Below, one piece after another: positions 12,706 to 26,007 of a stretch of DNA of 64,000 bases (within the stretch, counting starts at the first letter, position 1; the number at the start of each line of letters is the position of its first letter). Origin of the DNA: Octopus vulgaris (taxonomy: Eukaryota); assembly GCA_951406725.2 (NCBI GenBank), contig OX597822.1:78616001-78680000 (forward strand). Direction: 5' to 3'. The notes below the pieces were generated by a model, which had not been told where the DNA came from, ran no database searches, and saw nothing but the letters and a program-made list of their open reading frames with translations. Position numbers and translations under genes: made by a program.

Positions 12706-14442
12706 TTTATTCTTTTACTTGTTTCAGTCATTTGACTGTTGCCATGCTGGAGCACTGCCTTGAAGGGTTTTAGTTGAAGAAATCGCCCCCAGGACTTATT
12801 CTTTGTAAGCCTGTTACTTACTTCAGCGGTCTCTTTTACCAAACCGCTGAGTTACAGGGACATGGAAACACCAGTGACAGTGTGGGGTGAAAAACACATA
12901 AATATATATACATATGTACGTACGTATCTACATACGTGCTTACATATACGATGGGCCACTTTCGGTTTCCATCTACTGAATCCACTCACAAGGCTTTGAT
13001 ATCGTGTGATAGTTGTAAGCAAGTGTCACTGTCATGTAAGCAGTATCATTCATTTCTGATCTTCTTTGAGAACATGTCTGGCCTTAAGGAAACATGTCTG
13101 ACCATGTTTGAAGTAGGTGTGAGTTGGTGACAGGAAGGGCATCTGACTAGAAAATCTGCCTCAACAAAATCTCCATCCAAATAATGTGAGCATGGAAATG
13201 TAGATATATTAAATGATAAGTCATTGGAGCATGGTCAATGCCAGTGCTGCCTGGCTGGCATCTCTGCAAGTGGCATATAAAAAGCACCTTTCGAGTATGG
13301 TCGATGCCAGTGCTGCCTGGCTGGCATGTAAAAAGCATCATTCAAGCGTGGGAACTACATTAGGGGTACACATGTCTGTGGAGTGCTCAACCACTTGCAC
13401 ATTAATTTCATGAGCAGGCTGTTCTGTTGATCAAATCACCTGGAACCCTTGTCATCGGAACTGACGGAGTGCCAGTATGCAACTCAGTACACATCTTTAT
13501 AGTATTCTGCTGACGTGATGGTTACCTAACCTGATGGATTTAATTGCCTGTGAGTCAGAAATTCAACATTCCAACTTCAACATTTATCTTAAAATTTCAA
13601 AAGTCTTGCATATGGAACTAAAGTCAATAAGCAGCTTTCTGTTGTATGTTCATCACATTCAGGTGAATAAGTGTACGGAGAGAAGTTGTTGACGTGTATT
13701 TTCTCTGGTCCTAGAAAAATTAATAGTCAGTAGATCTATGATTAAAGACATTTGTGCTATGACCATCCTGTCTTTTGAGGATTACATGGGACTACATGAT
13801 TTAACGCCCTTGGCTTAAAGTGTAAGATGCAATTTGAGGAAGATGTAGCTGATATTCTAGCAGGGCAAGCAATCATGTATAGGCTTCCATATTGGTTCAA
13901 TTCAGCTATAGTTGATGTTGTAGCTTAACCCCAGATCAAACACATGATCAAAGGCAATCTGGGCATGACTAACTCTCCTTTTTTTTTTTTCAGTTATGCT
14001 ATATCTAGAACATTATTATTTAATGTATCCTTCCCCTTTTTAGGTGGTATGGGACAGAGATTCTGCTGTTATTTCTAGCCAGTTATTTCTAACCACTTAG
14101 AGGTTTCCTAGTTGCTTCAGTATGTGCTGTGTGTATGTATAGGTTTTTGTTTGTTTTTCTTTAATTATGCAAGAGGAGGTTAATTAGTGTAGCACAATTA
14201 GTGTAGCAAATTTACCACTCCTCGAGAAGGCAAGCAGTGCTTAGGTCTTTTGGATTGTACTGATCTCTGGGTTACTCATTTGACATGTTGTAAACCATGC
14301 CTCTTCCATAAATTATTTCTCACCACACACACCAAACACACACACACACACACCTGAATGAGCTCTTCAAAACTCTTTAAGCTAAGTGCACTTCGTGTTC
14401 ACCTTTGTCCTCTGCACAAGGCCATATACACACGTGTGTGTG

Positions 14443-14475
<33 letters not shown>

Positions 14476-14573
14476 TCATATTTACATAAAATAAGGATAA
14501 AAATCACGTTGGTGATTATTGTCAAATAGTCAGCATGAAATAAAAATTTATAAGCAATTTATATATCAAATTA

Positions 14574-14716
14574 ATAATTATATTAAGAGAGAGAATCAAA
14601 ATCTGACTTTTCTCTTCCATGCTGAATGAATGTCTGAAGATAATGTAATGTTTAGACATTGATTCAGCATGGAGGAGGAAAGTCATGGTTCAACTTTCTC
14701 CCTTAATATAATTATA
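14574..14716. repeat. Foldback inverted repeat (~60-bp arms)
   Basis: ataattatattaagagagag...ccatgctgaatgaatgtct pairs with agacattgattcagcatgg...tctcccttaatataattat. Confidence 0.8.
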
Positions 14717-15064
14717 TATATTAATAGTAATGGTAAGACAACAAAAGAATGAAAGAGACCTCGATATTATGTAGTTTTATCATGGCAACCGATTAATTGT
14801 CACATATTATATTTAATATAGATATGTAACCACATGTGAATCGTTGGCGATATTTTTTCCTCCATCTTCCCTTCTATAGGACTTTCCTCTATTTCCGAAG
14901 AAGAGCATCTGCTCAAAACATTAAACCATCTTTCTTTCCTCTCTTGAGCATCTGCTAATACATTACATGTACCACATCCTCGTATTGTTGTTTTTTTGTG
15001 TTTGTTCTTTTTTAGATTTACTATATGTATGTATATATATATATAGATGATAATGATGATGATG

Positions 15065-15095
<31 letters not shown>

Positions 15096-15106
15096 GATGA
15101 TAATGA

Positions 15107-15144
<38 letters not shown>

Positions 15145-15528
15145 GTTTAATGTCTGTTTTCCATACTGACATAGTTTGGATGATTCGGTATGAACTGATG
15201 AGCTAGAGGCCCATGCTGACCTCTAATGTCTGCTTTGGCACAGTTACTGAGGCTGGATGCTCCTCCTAATGCCAACTGCTTAACAGAATGCACTAAGTGC
15301 TTTTTATGTGGCACTAACACAAGTGAGGTCACCAAGTAACTTACAAAACAAGACTCCTTCACTGAGTGGTGTAGAGTATCAAGGGATATGAAAGTATAAT
15401 AGAGGGGACAGGAGCAGGTGTCTTGCTAAGAGAGGTGAATGCATAGCTTGCCCATCTGAAGAGAGAGAGAGAGAAATAGATGTGAGGTTGAGGTACATAG
15501 TGACTATGAAAGAGGGAATAGGGTAAAA

Positions 15529-16066
15529 CTGTGGTTCTTAGACATTTTCTTGCCTATGGACCCCTTTATTTTGTATTTTACTCAACTGGACCCCCATAGC
15601 CATTCATAGTTTAAGACACCCCGTTATATTTTTATAATTAAATATTATTTGGCATGGTATAAAAAATTGGTTAAAATATTTTGTGTGTTGCAGATGTGTA
15701 CCCAGTGGAGGCGTGTTGTGCTGTGGTTAGGGTGTTGGACTCATGATTGTAAGATTGCGGTTTCAATCCCTGGACCAAGCAATGCGTTGTGTTCTTGAGC
15801 AAAAAACTTCATTTCATGTTAGCCCTGTCCACTCAGCTGGCAAAAGTGAGTAATCCTACAATGGGTCGGCATCTAATCAAAGGGATAAATATATGTGTGT
15901 GTGTCACAAAAACTGGGAAACCAGCCCTTTCGAGTCAATAGAGCTCAAGACAGATGCTTTATTTTTATTTTGAAGTATAATTAATTCATTGTACATAAAC
16001 TTTGGCAACAAAATCTTGTGTGGACTTCCAAGGATCATGTGAACCGACCTCGGTTGAGAACCACTG
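15529..16066. mobile_element. hAT-type MITE (CAGTGGTTCTCAACC-like TIRs) with a nested SINE at ~15705-15970
   Basis: Ends are ctgtggttcttag and ggttgagaaccactg, with imperfect 8-bp flanks gggtaaaa/ggctaaac. Related copies lie at 22562, ~37925, 53334 and 53944. Confidence 0.65.
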
Positions 16067-17176
16067 GGCTAAACAAACAGGAAATATGGGCTGGTAAATG
16101 CGCTACAATGTGAACACTACGTGACGGATGATAGAGACGGGAGTTGAGTTGGATGCATTGAATATCAGTTTGAGGGGACAGGGACACTTGTACATAGGCA
16201 TACACATACACACACATGTTGGCATACAGGTTTATAGATTGTTCGTTTCCTTTTTTTACCTTCAAATACATTACCTTATTTCACTGTTTTGAATTTATTG
16301 ATCTTTAAGTTATTGAGAGTTTGGTGGCACTATTGTTGATGTTTTCTGATTAATCAATAACGACAACGACGATGATGATTGTATTATTAAATTCAATATT
16401 TGCAGTAAATGATAATAAGTGTGTGTGTGTGTGTGTGTCTGCAGTTTCTTGCATAAGTAATAATGGTAAATATGATGATAATGTGAAAAATATTTTCTTT
16501 GCATATATAATAATGCTGCTGTTGATGATGATGATGATGATAATAAGAATAATGATAGGAAGAAAAGAAATTTGTGTGCATCATACATATACATACATAT
16601 TTGTATATGTATGTACATTGATATTAATGCATGTGTATGTATATACATATACATATCTATATACACACACACACATATATATGTATATGTATATATGTGA
16701 TGTTTCTTTAGTAACTAAAGAAAACAGTTTGACTTTGCATACATTTGCATCTTTTTTCCTTCCATTATGTTAACTTTTGATTAATTTGCCTCTGCCATCA
16801 CTGTCACCACCACCACCACCACCACCATCCTTCTCTCCAATTCCATAAATTTATTCATGAATCCATGCAGGCACACAGACACACAGATGCTCACTCTGTC
16901 CTACCCCACCCTCATCCCTGTCTCCGTCTTCTCTTCTCCATCGCCCTCTACCAGCTTATGCTGTTTTCCTTTCTCGATCTTTTTCTTTACATTACTGATT
17001 TCAATAATTAAAGATTTTCCAGGTCAACAGTGATGTCTATAATCAAATAAGTTTTAGCCAAATATTTCTCTTTGTGTTGTGTGTGTGTGTAGATTTATAG
17101 GGTTATGTATGCAGTCATGTCTATCTATGTGTGTGTATGTATGCACATCAAACTTACTTGCAGAAGTTTAAACTAC

Positions 17177-17220
<44 letters not shown>

Positions 17221-17923
17221 CCAATTATAGTTTGTTAGATATTTTCATTATATTAGGATGGTGGTGGTGGTGGCTGGCAGAGACTGAAGAGGGTCAAACT
17301 TCATTTCAGTTAATTGAAATGAAAGAGTTCAAATTGTACCAATGTTGGCTTTGCTTTCATTTTCTTTGCTATATGTGATATTTATGTTTCTCTTACACAC
17401 ACATATTTATAGGGGTGTTAGGAAGGGCATCCAGCCATACAAACACTGCCACAGCAGACAATTGGAGTCTGGCCAGCTCCATATCAAACTGTCCAACCCA
17501 TGCCAGAATGGAAAATGGGCATTATATGATGATGACATTCTCTGTGTGTGCATGTTTAGTATAATCTAAGATGCTAATATACACATCCAAGATAGACCAG
17601 TCCATCACAATATCCAGTTCTCATTGCAGTGTGGTGGGCTGTGTTGCTCAGTAATTCAGGGATCTATGCCAGCAGAGTGCAATCTCCTGGAATGGCCTCT
17701 CATACTGGTTAGATCAAAGAATTGGAGCCAGGCTAATAGGGACAACCTCTTCCCAAACGTAAAAATGGGTTTGCTTAAGGCCAATACCTTTATCTAGAAA
17801 AAGCAAACTTACATCAATGACAATTCAATACCAGCAAGACTTGGGAGTGGATAGCCCTGAGTTGAGAACAGTGGGGAGGAGTTGTTAATGGCCTATGCTC
17901 CATAGAGAATGAAGAACTTAATA

Positions 17924-18180
17924 AGGAGGTGGAAACGGTTGGGTCGAGTTTGTCGCTATAAACTGAACTCAGCTGTCAAGATCACTTCGCAGTGAGTTCC
18001 ACAAGGTAAAAGATGTGGCCGACCAAAGTAAACATGGTGGAAAACAATAGCAAAAGATCTTAAAAGCAGAGGGTTAAACAATGGAACAAGCTGTCAAGGA
18101 CACTTTCAGTGTTAGAAGGTGGAATGATTTTGCTGTCGCTTCAAGTGCCACAAGATACAATGAGAATTGGATGAATGAAT
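17924..18180 (+). mobile_element. Degraded RTE-clade LINE 3' end
   Basis: Conceptual translation RRWKRLGRVCR...*VPQGKRCGRPK*TWWKTIAKDLKSRG resembles the RTE ORF C-terminal W.GHV.R...GKR.RGRP..TW motif. It has internal stops and a (TGAA)n-like tail. Confidence 0.7.
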
Positions 18181-18845
18181 GGTTTCATAGCACTCAGTTT
18201 TAACATTTACTCCTTGATTAATTGATGCCCTATTCTCCTTTTTAACCCTTTCATGTTTAGACTGGTCATACCTGCCCCCAAATACTCTACACGTTTTATA
18301 TTCAAACTAGCCATATCTAGCCTCTCATACCTAAATTACATTGTCATTCTAAAAATAAATAATTGTCCACTCTGCTGAGTGGTTGGTGTTAGGAAGGGCA
18401 TCCAGCTGTAAAAATCCTTTGGCCTGGCTGAATTTTGTGGTACTGTCCCACCCATGCTAGCATGGAACACAGATGTTAAATGATGATATTGAAACTTCAA
18501 AGCTAGGAGATAATACATGATTAATTCAAAACAATTTGAGTGAAAAAGCAGAGTAATCTGAACACTCAAGGGTTAAAGGAGGGGAGAGCAGGGTGTCAGT
18601 GTAATAAATATGTATTTCTTTCCTTTTCTTCCTTCATTCCTTTCTTTCTCTCCTCTACCCTCATTCTTTGGTTTCTTCTCTCATATTCACCTTCTCTCAG
18701 GACATATAAAGGTTTGTGCCTGGTTTATGAAGACAAGTCAAAGCAACAGGCTGAGTTGGTGTGCAGTAGATTCCTTGCCATATTGCGGGTTATTATCTAT
18801 ACTTACATTGATTCCTCTTTGGTGTTGTTTTGCATTTATAATAAT

Positions 18846-18885
<40 letters not shown>

Positions 18886-20020
18886 GAATTATAAAAATAA
18901 ATTTTAAAAATATACAGTACTATTTCTACTTTGTGGATTTCCACCTGTCACAGGTTGGGGTTTGGAACGTAACACCCACAATAGTCGTGGGATTACTGTA
19001 CCACATATCTGGCCACAAGCTGGTGTCTCAGGGGCAGTGGAGGGCAAAGGATCACAACCTAGGACACTAGTAGTGGCACTGACTCCTGGTTTGTGCCAGT
19101 CTTTGCCTCCGGAAATGGGGATAACGGCAGCACAGAAGTCACAAGAAAACAATGTATGGTCAGATGGGGGTTTGTTTTGACATGCAAGGTTTGATGCCCC
19201 CCACCCACCCACCCCCGAACATCACAATCTCTGTGGTGGGGTTTGAACTCCAGACATAACTAGATACCACTTGGCATTATTATGTCTGATGCTCACTCCA
19301 ACGTCTAACCAATTCCACAATCTGATAATGTTTCCCGCCCTCTGCTACTACGAGAATGTGCACATATGAACAGCAACTGGCAGCAACAATAACAGCTCCG
19401 GAATTAGGCAGGCTTAAAGCTAGCAGCATACTTTTTCCTTCATTCCAACATCTGGGTTTAGAGTTAACTGGATGAGGTGGATGGGAGGGATACGTGCAAC
19501 TGGTCCCCACTTGTATTGTCTCCCATCGAGGCTCTTGAAGTGTCACGTTGGTTTCCCCCACACATACCTCACCTCCTCTCTGCTTGCTAATATCACATTT
19601 TTTTAAAAATCTTTTGTCCCATCTCACCCCACCCCCTCCATTTGCTCTTTCTTCCACCTACTTTCATTACTGCCCACTCCACCCCTCACCCTCTATATTA
19701 TTTTTTTTATTTCTCCTTCTCCTCCCCTTCTCTGCAATCCATCCGTCTCTACCTTACAGTCACTCCGTCATCACACTCCCCTTTTCTCACTCTTTCAGTC
19801 CCCCCCCTACCGCTACACCCACCTCTGACCTCACTTCTCTTACCTACCACCTCTTCCTATCACCGTTTCTTTTTACCTGCCTCACTCGTCTTTTATTAGC
19901 TCCTCTCTCTCTCTCTCTCAATCTATAACAGCATCTCTTGGCTTTTCTGATGCATCAACACCGAAATGGTTGCAAGCTGAGCTCATGTTTCTAATAAAAG
20001 GTAAACATAGAGGTATATAT

Positions 20021-20281
20021 ATATATGTGTGTGTGAGGGAGAGAGAGAAAAGAGGAAGAGGGCGGTTTAAGGAGTGTGTATGTAGAGGGGGTACAAGCTA
20101 AGAGACCTCCTCCACCACCACCACCACCAGGAACACACACACACACAGAGTTTAAGGTTAGACACATGCTAACAAGGCTATGCTGTTTATATTTCAAAAT
20201 GATGTCATCGAAAACATTCACCTGGCCTGTAATCATGTTTCATAAATTAAGGGGTTTTTTTTTTAGGAGATGACGGTAAGG
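20021..20281 (+). promoter_or_regulatory. Candidate promoter and non-coding first exon at the left edge of the CpG-retaining domain
   Basis: Purine-rich, SINE-free stretch with gggcgg ending in donor-like ACG|GTAAGG (GT at 20276). CpG frequency rises from about here. Inference only. Confidence 0.3.
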
Positions 20282-20889
20282 ATGGAAGTGTAGACGGTGG
20301 GTGAGGGAATCTTCTGGTATTGTCATCGTCGTACTTGAAGTGGGTTATTTTTATTTTTTATTTTTAAGGGAGAGTAGAAAAGGGGTTTTATGTTTTCACC
20401 GAATTGGGTTTGCTGTTTGTGACGGTTTATTTTTTTTTATATACATTTGGGGAAAATTAGTGAAATTTTATTTATTTATTTATTTAACGGTATATGGTGT
20501 TGTAAGCTGTGGGGTCTGTAGGAGGGGTGTTGGTGTGATGTGTTATACACCTGTGTACACACACACACATTCTTTTTCTCTCTGCACACACACACCTATT
20601 GTGCACAAAACTAGTTATGTGCATAGATTTATTCTGCACGTATGGGGCTCTTGTGTGCTCGCTCGCTCGCACGTGTATGGGGTTGATGGGAGCAAGTATG
20701 TGCGCTTGTTTGTGTGCATAGGCGTGCATGTGTATGCATTGCAAAGAGAAAGAGACAGACAGTCTGATCAGAATACATAAAGATGGAATTTCAAAGCATG
20801 TTGGCAACATCATTTTCTGAACTTATTTTTGTGAAGTTCTTTTACCTTTCTTCGTCTAGGCACGCGTGTCCATCACACACACACACACG

Positions 20890-20986
<97 letters not shown>

Positions 20987-21391
20987 CATACAAATTTTGA
21001 ATGTTTGCATAAAGTTGAAGCACTTTCTTTTTCCTTTTTGTGCCCTAATTCATGCTCGACCGATCAGATTTACCGACAGCTTTCAAACCATTGACCAAGC
21101 TTGTCTTTTACAATATCTGGATTTTCATTTTTCAACGTGTTCTCTCTCTTTCAAGATAGTGGGGGTGTAGTTTGAAGAAAATTTGGCTGCTATTTCTAAC
21201 AGGCCGACAGACGAATTAGAGTATGTAACTGAAGCAATTGTTTTTACAGGTGAATCTTCTCTTTACTCTTGTAAAGAGTGGAATTCTGTTGAACAATCAG
21301 ACTTCTGCTCATGATACAACCGTATTACAATTACACATTATATGTAGAAATGAATGTAAAAATCATTAATACATGTATCATGAGTGCAATG

Positions 21392-21426
<35 letters not shown>

Positions 21427-21539
21427 ACACGTGTGTGTGTGTGTAGCATTAAGGTAAAAGGATAAGCAGAATACTTCATAAAAACGTATTTATAAGCAAA
21501 ATGTTTTACTTAGATACACAGGCATATATGTATGTAATA

Positions 21540-21591
<52 letters not shown>

Positions 21592-21616
21592 ATATATATA
21601 TATATATATATATATA

Positions 21617-21900
21617 GGCGCAGGAGTGACTGTGTGGTAACACGCTTGCTTACCAACCATATGGCTCCTGGTTCAGTCCCACTGCGTAGTACCTTGGGCA
21701 AGTGTCTATAGCCTCGGGCCAACCAAAGCCGTGTGAGTGGATTTGGTAGACAAACACTGAAAGAAGCCTGTCGTATATATTTATATACAAATGGGTGTGT
21801 ATCTGTTTGTGTCTGTGTTCCCCCCCCCAGCATCGCTTCACAACCGATGCTGTTGTGTTTACGTCCCCGTAACTTAGCAGTTCGGCAAAAGAGACCGCTA
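21617..21900 (+). mobile_element. tRNA-derived SINE, CpG-retaining copy
   Basis: ggcgcaggagtgactgtgtggtaa...ccactgcgtag...gcctcgggcc; same family as 11227 but with CpGs intact. Confidence 0.85.
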
Positions 21901-22561
21901 TTAGAATCGTTCTGTATATCGTACTTAACGCAGATAGACTGTATAAAGCATGGAAACTGCAGTATTCGTCTCGAGAAAGTATCTCGTAGAGATGTTTTGT
22001 GTTATATAAAAAATAAAATAAAAAATAAAAAATATAGCAGCAGTAGGCGAAAAATGTCTAGCAGCGTGTGTTCATCTATCAGCATATATCGAAATAATGT
22101 ATGATTTTTAAAGTGACAAACAGTGTCGCAAGCAGTATTAGCAGAAAACTGTTTGACTTGTGCGTTTTTTTTTTCTTCAGCTTTGAAGATAGATTTTGAA
22201 CAAATGTATGATTTCATTCGTGTGCCTATATGAGTTTTTGCAAACTATATATTTGATATTGTTTAGCCCCGCCACCGGTCATTCATGACCGAACAGTCAA
22301 TGATCGGAAGTTTTCCATCCATGATCATCCTGTCTTTTTCAGGCTAATGACTGTATTATCTAATGTGTTCTTTGTTTATTGAAGGCGAATGGATATGATT
22401 CGACTGTTGTTTCTCACAATTTGGGTTGATCACTCTCCCTCCTTGTATCCTCAGATCAATCCCGATTGAGCAGACCTATAATCAAATACTTTGTTTAATG
22501 TGTCTGTGTTATTTAAGGGAATTTTCCTGCTATTTCTGACAGGTCAAGCGACTATATAGAT

Positions 22562-22715
22562 CAGTGGACGTTTAAAAAACTTTTTTTTACGTAATTAAAT
22601 CTTATTCGGAACCGTATAAAAAAATTATTAAAATGTGTTTGTAGAAGTATAAACAATTTATTTCACATAAATTTTAACAATAAAACCTTATATGGACCCC
22701 AGTGGAGAACTACTG
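22562..22715. mobile_element. Internally deleted hAT-type MITE with perfect 8-bp TSD
   Basis: atatagat|cagtgg ... gagaactactg|atatagat. Confidence 0.8.
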
Positions 22716-24884
22716 ATATAGATGTTCTATCATTGACTTGTCTCTGTAATAGGTTGAAGTTGTAGTTTCCACAAATTCTCGGGCTATGATTAAGGTAGAA
22801 GACAAATGACGAATAGTGCGCCAACTAGCATTTCCAAGCCACCAGTGTGTGTGTGTGTGTGCATCCTGAGTGGCCCTTGAGTTTTCCTCCGCCCCACGCT
22901 GGATGACAAACTATACAATTTTATAATGCAGGCCCAAAAGTGCCGCCTCCGTAAAAACGTTGCCCGGGGCAGACTATCCCCATTGCTTCCCTAGTTATGC
23001 TACTACTGTGCGCTGTCAAATAGCATTTCCAAACCACCTCAGCTGAGATCCGTTTCGAAGTTTCCTCTCAAAAGAACGTTAACACCGAAACGTGGTTTCA
23101 TGCAGTTACCAACCCATTGTTTGATTTTTTTTTGTCTCCTTTATTTCTGTGTTTTCTCTTTTGAGCTTTGAAGACAGCGTTTACATTACATGAAGCTTTA
23201 ACTTCAGCCAACACACAAAACCTGTTAAATTCACTTTTCGTGTATTTCTTGGTATCCAAATTTATGTCTTGTCATTGTCATCTGGTCACTTTCCATACCA
23301 GCCTTCAGTCAGGTTCAAGAACTAGTTGGTGTGCAGACACGTAAGCTATGCAAATGCTCTGTAATGCGCTGTACGGTTCAGAGTAGATAACGTAGCACAA
23401 TCAGTTTCTCTCAAGAGACTACAACTGACCTCTTTCTAACATTTCACGTCTAACATTTAGAAGTGAAACAATGGATTAGATATAGTCTTGGACTAACACA
23501 CAAACACAAAGACACACGCAAACAAACGCGCGTGCGTGTATGTGTCGTGCTGTAACTTATGATGCCTTGATTTACAAGCAGTAAAGTTCGCAAAATTTAA
23601 ATAAGGTTTATTATGACAGAGGGAGTCAAGAATCTTGATATTTCCTGCAAAGTTCTTTATCAAAAACAGGTACTAGATCCTAGCGGAATGTTTGGAATGA
23701 TAGTTATCTCTTAACCGTTTATCACTGGCTCACTGGGGCCAAATTGCAGCTCTTAAAGGCTCCCAGTAAAGGGCTAAGCATGGAACGTTGGATTTTTGCC
23801 TCCTTCCTACTTCCATGGCACATGAGCTTACTTAAATTTGCGTACATTATTATTATTATTATTTTCCTTTTGGCTGACATAGACTGCCCTCAGTTTTATC
23901 GGAGATTGGTTTTTAGTTGATGGCCAGCCTATCCAGAGGAATTTTATCTCCTGTGCATATTCGCTATGAAACCTGAGTTAAGCACAGTCCCAGAAAGTCT
24001 TTTGAAAATTTGGAGCCACTTTCATTTTTACACTTTCTGATATTTCTCATCTGTCTGTCTCTCTCCTCTGTGCAAGAAGGAAAAAAAAAAAAAGAAAAGA
24101 AAAATTGTAGCCAGGCAAAATATTATCTGAAAAGAAAAGAGAAAAAACATCAATCCGTATCCAGGTCATCTTTGACTTGGGGATAAATATTTAATTCTAC
24201 CTATTTTGATGTCACGTAATAAACTAGGTTGTAAAAATATATCTCCTAAGTTTTGGAATGTGATGTTTAATTTCGTAATATTAAGTGGCAGAACGACCAT
24301 TCCTTCAGTTTCTTTGATGAGAATATTGTTATTTACTCGAGGTCAACCCTGATCGAATAGATTTATGAGCAAAAGCGTTCAAGCCAGACCATCATGTCTT
24401 TTAGGACGTGGACTACATTATCTAATATGATTTTTTAAAAAGACGGTATACTTATTTGAGAGAGATTTGCCTATTATTTCTAGCAGATCGAAAGACCACG
24501 CAGTAAAGGGAGTCTTTTTCGTTGGATCGTTTTGAGCTGGTTACTTTGAATGCCAAAGTGACTTTTACCATTTTTGCTTCTTTCAGTGGTAAATTGGTGT
24601 CAACTCTTTGAGGAGATTTTAATTGCAATCAACTAGCATCTTCGTTGTGTTTGTGCGTGCATGCATGCACATAATACTGCTTGTGTACTGTGTTGGTTGT
24701 AACCGGATGTTCTGAATGTTAGAAGGCAAATTTAAACATTTTACTAAATAACTAAAACATATATTTTAAATGACACAGAAAACTGTGGGAGTCACATCGC
24801 ACCCCCCCACACACACACACACACATACACATCGCAAAGAATTAAAATATACCCATGATGACATTTCAGATATTTTGTCTATCA

Positions 24885-25950
24885 CAAAATGGTTAGCATG
24901 CCGGATAAAATGCTCAGTAGCGTTTCTTCCGCCTTCACACATTCTGAGTTCAAATTCCGCCAAGGTCGACCCTGCCATTTATACTTTTGGGGGATCGGGG
25001 GTGATAAAATAAGTACTGGGGGATTGGGAGCAATCATTGGAATCGACATGCTCCACCCGCTAAACTTGCTGACCTTTTGCCAAAATTTGAAACCATTGTT
25101 ATTAAAACGGCGACGCGCTGGCAGAATCATTAAAGTATCGGGAAAGAAAATGCTTAACCGCATTTCTTCTGGCTTTACGTTCTGAGTTCAAGATAGCGCT
25201 GAGGTCGATTTTGTCCTTCGATAAAATAAGTACCAGTCGAGTACAGAAGTCGATGTAATCGATTAGCCCCCTGTCCAAAATTGAAGTCTTAGTGCTTATA
25301 GTAGAAAGTATTATTGAACTGGCAGAATCGTTAGCACACCGGACAAAGTGCTTAGTGACATTTCGTTTGTCTTGACGTTCTGAGTTCAAATTCCGCCGAG
25401 GTCGACTTTGCCTTTCATCCTTTCGGGAGTTGATAAAATAAGTATCGGTTGAGCACTGGGGTCGATGTAATCGGCTTACCCCCTCACCCCGACATTATTA
25501 TCCTTGTGCCAGAATTTGAAATCATTATTATTGTTGTTGTTGTGATTATTATTGGCTAGCTGGCAGAAACGTTAGCACGCCGGGCGAAATGCTTTTTCGT
25601 CCGCCGCTGCGTTCTGAGTTCAAATTCCGCCGAGGTCGACTTTGCCTTTCATCCTTTCGGGGTCGATAAATTAAGTACCAGTGACGCACTGGGATCGATG
25701 TAATCGACTTAATCCGTTTGTCTGTCCTTGTTTGTCCCCTCTGTATTTAGCCCCTTGTGGGTAGTAAAGGAAAAATGTTTTTTGTCCGTCTTTACGTTCT
25801 GAGTTAAAATTCTGCCGAGGTCGACTTTGCCTTTCATCCTTTCGGGGTCGATAAATTAAATGCCAGTGAAACACTGGGGTCGATGTACTCAACTAGTTCC
25901 TTCCCGCCAAATTTGAGGCTTTGCACCTTTAATAGAAAGGATTATTATTT
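24885..25950 (+). mobile_element. Head-to-tail cluster of ~5 Meta-domain-like SINE copies
   Basis: Repeated ttctgagttcaaattccgccgaggtcgactttgcctttcatcctttcggggtcgataaa at ~24940, 25180, 25380, 25612 and 25797. Confidence 0.85.
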
Positions 25951-25953
25951 TAA

Positions 25954-26007
<54 letters not shown>

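Noticed and set aside
21617-21690. tRNA gene (A/B-box-like sequence)
   Set aside because: It is the tRNA-derived head of a multicopy SINE and runs on into the SINE body; no convincing cloverleaf.
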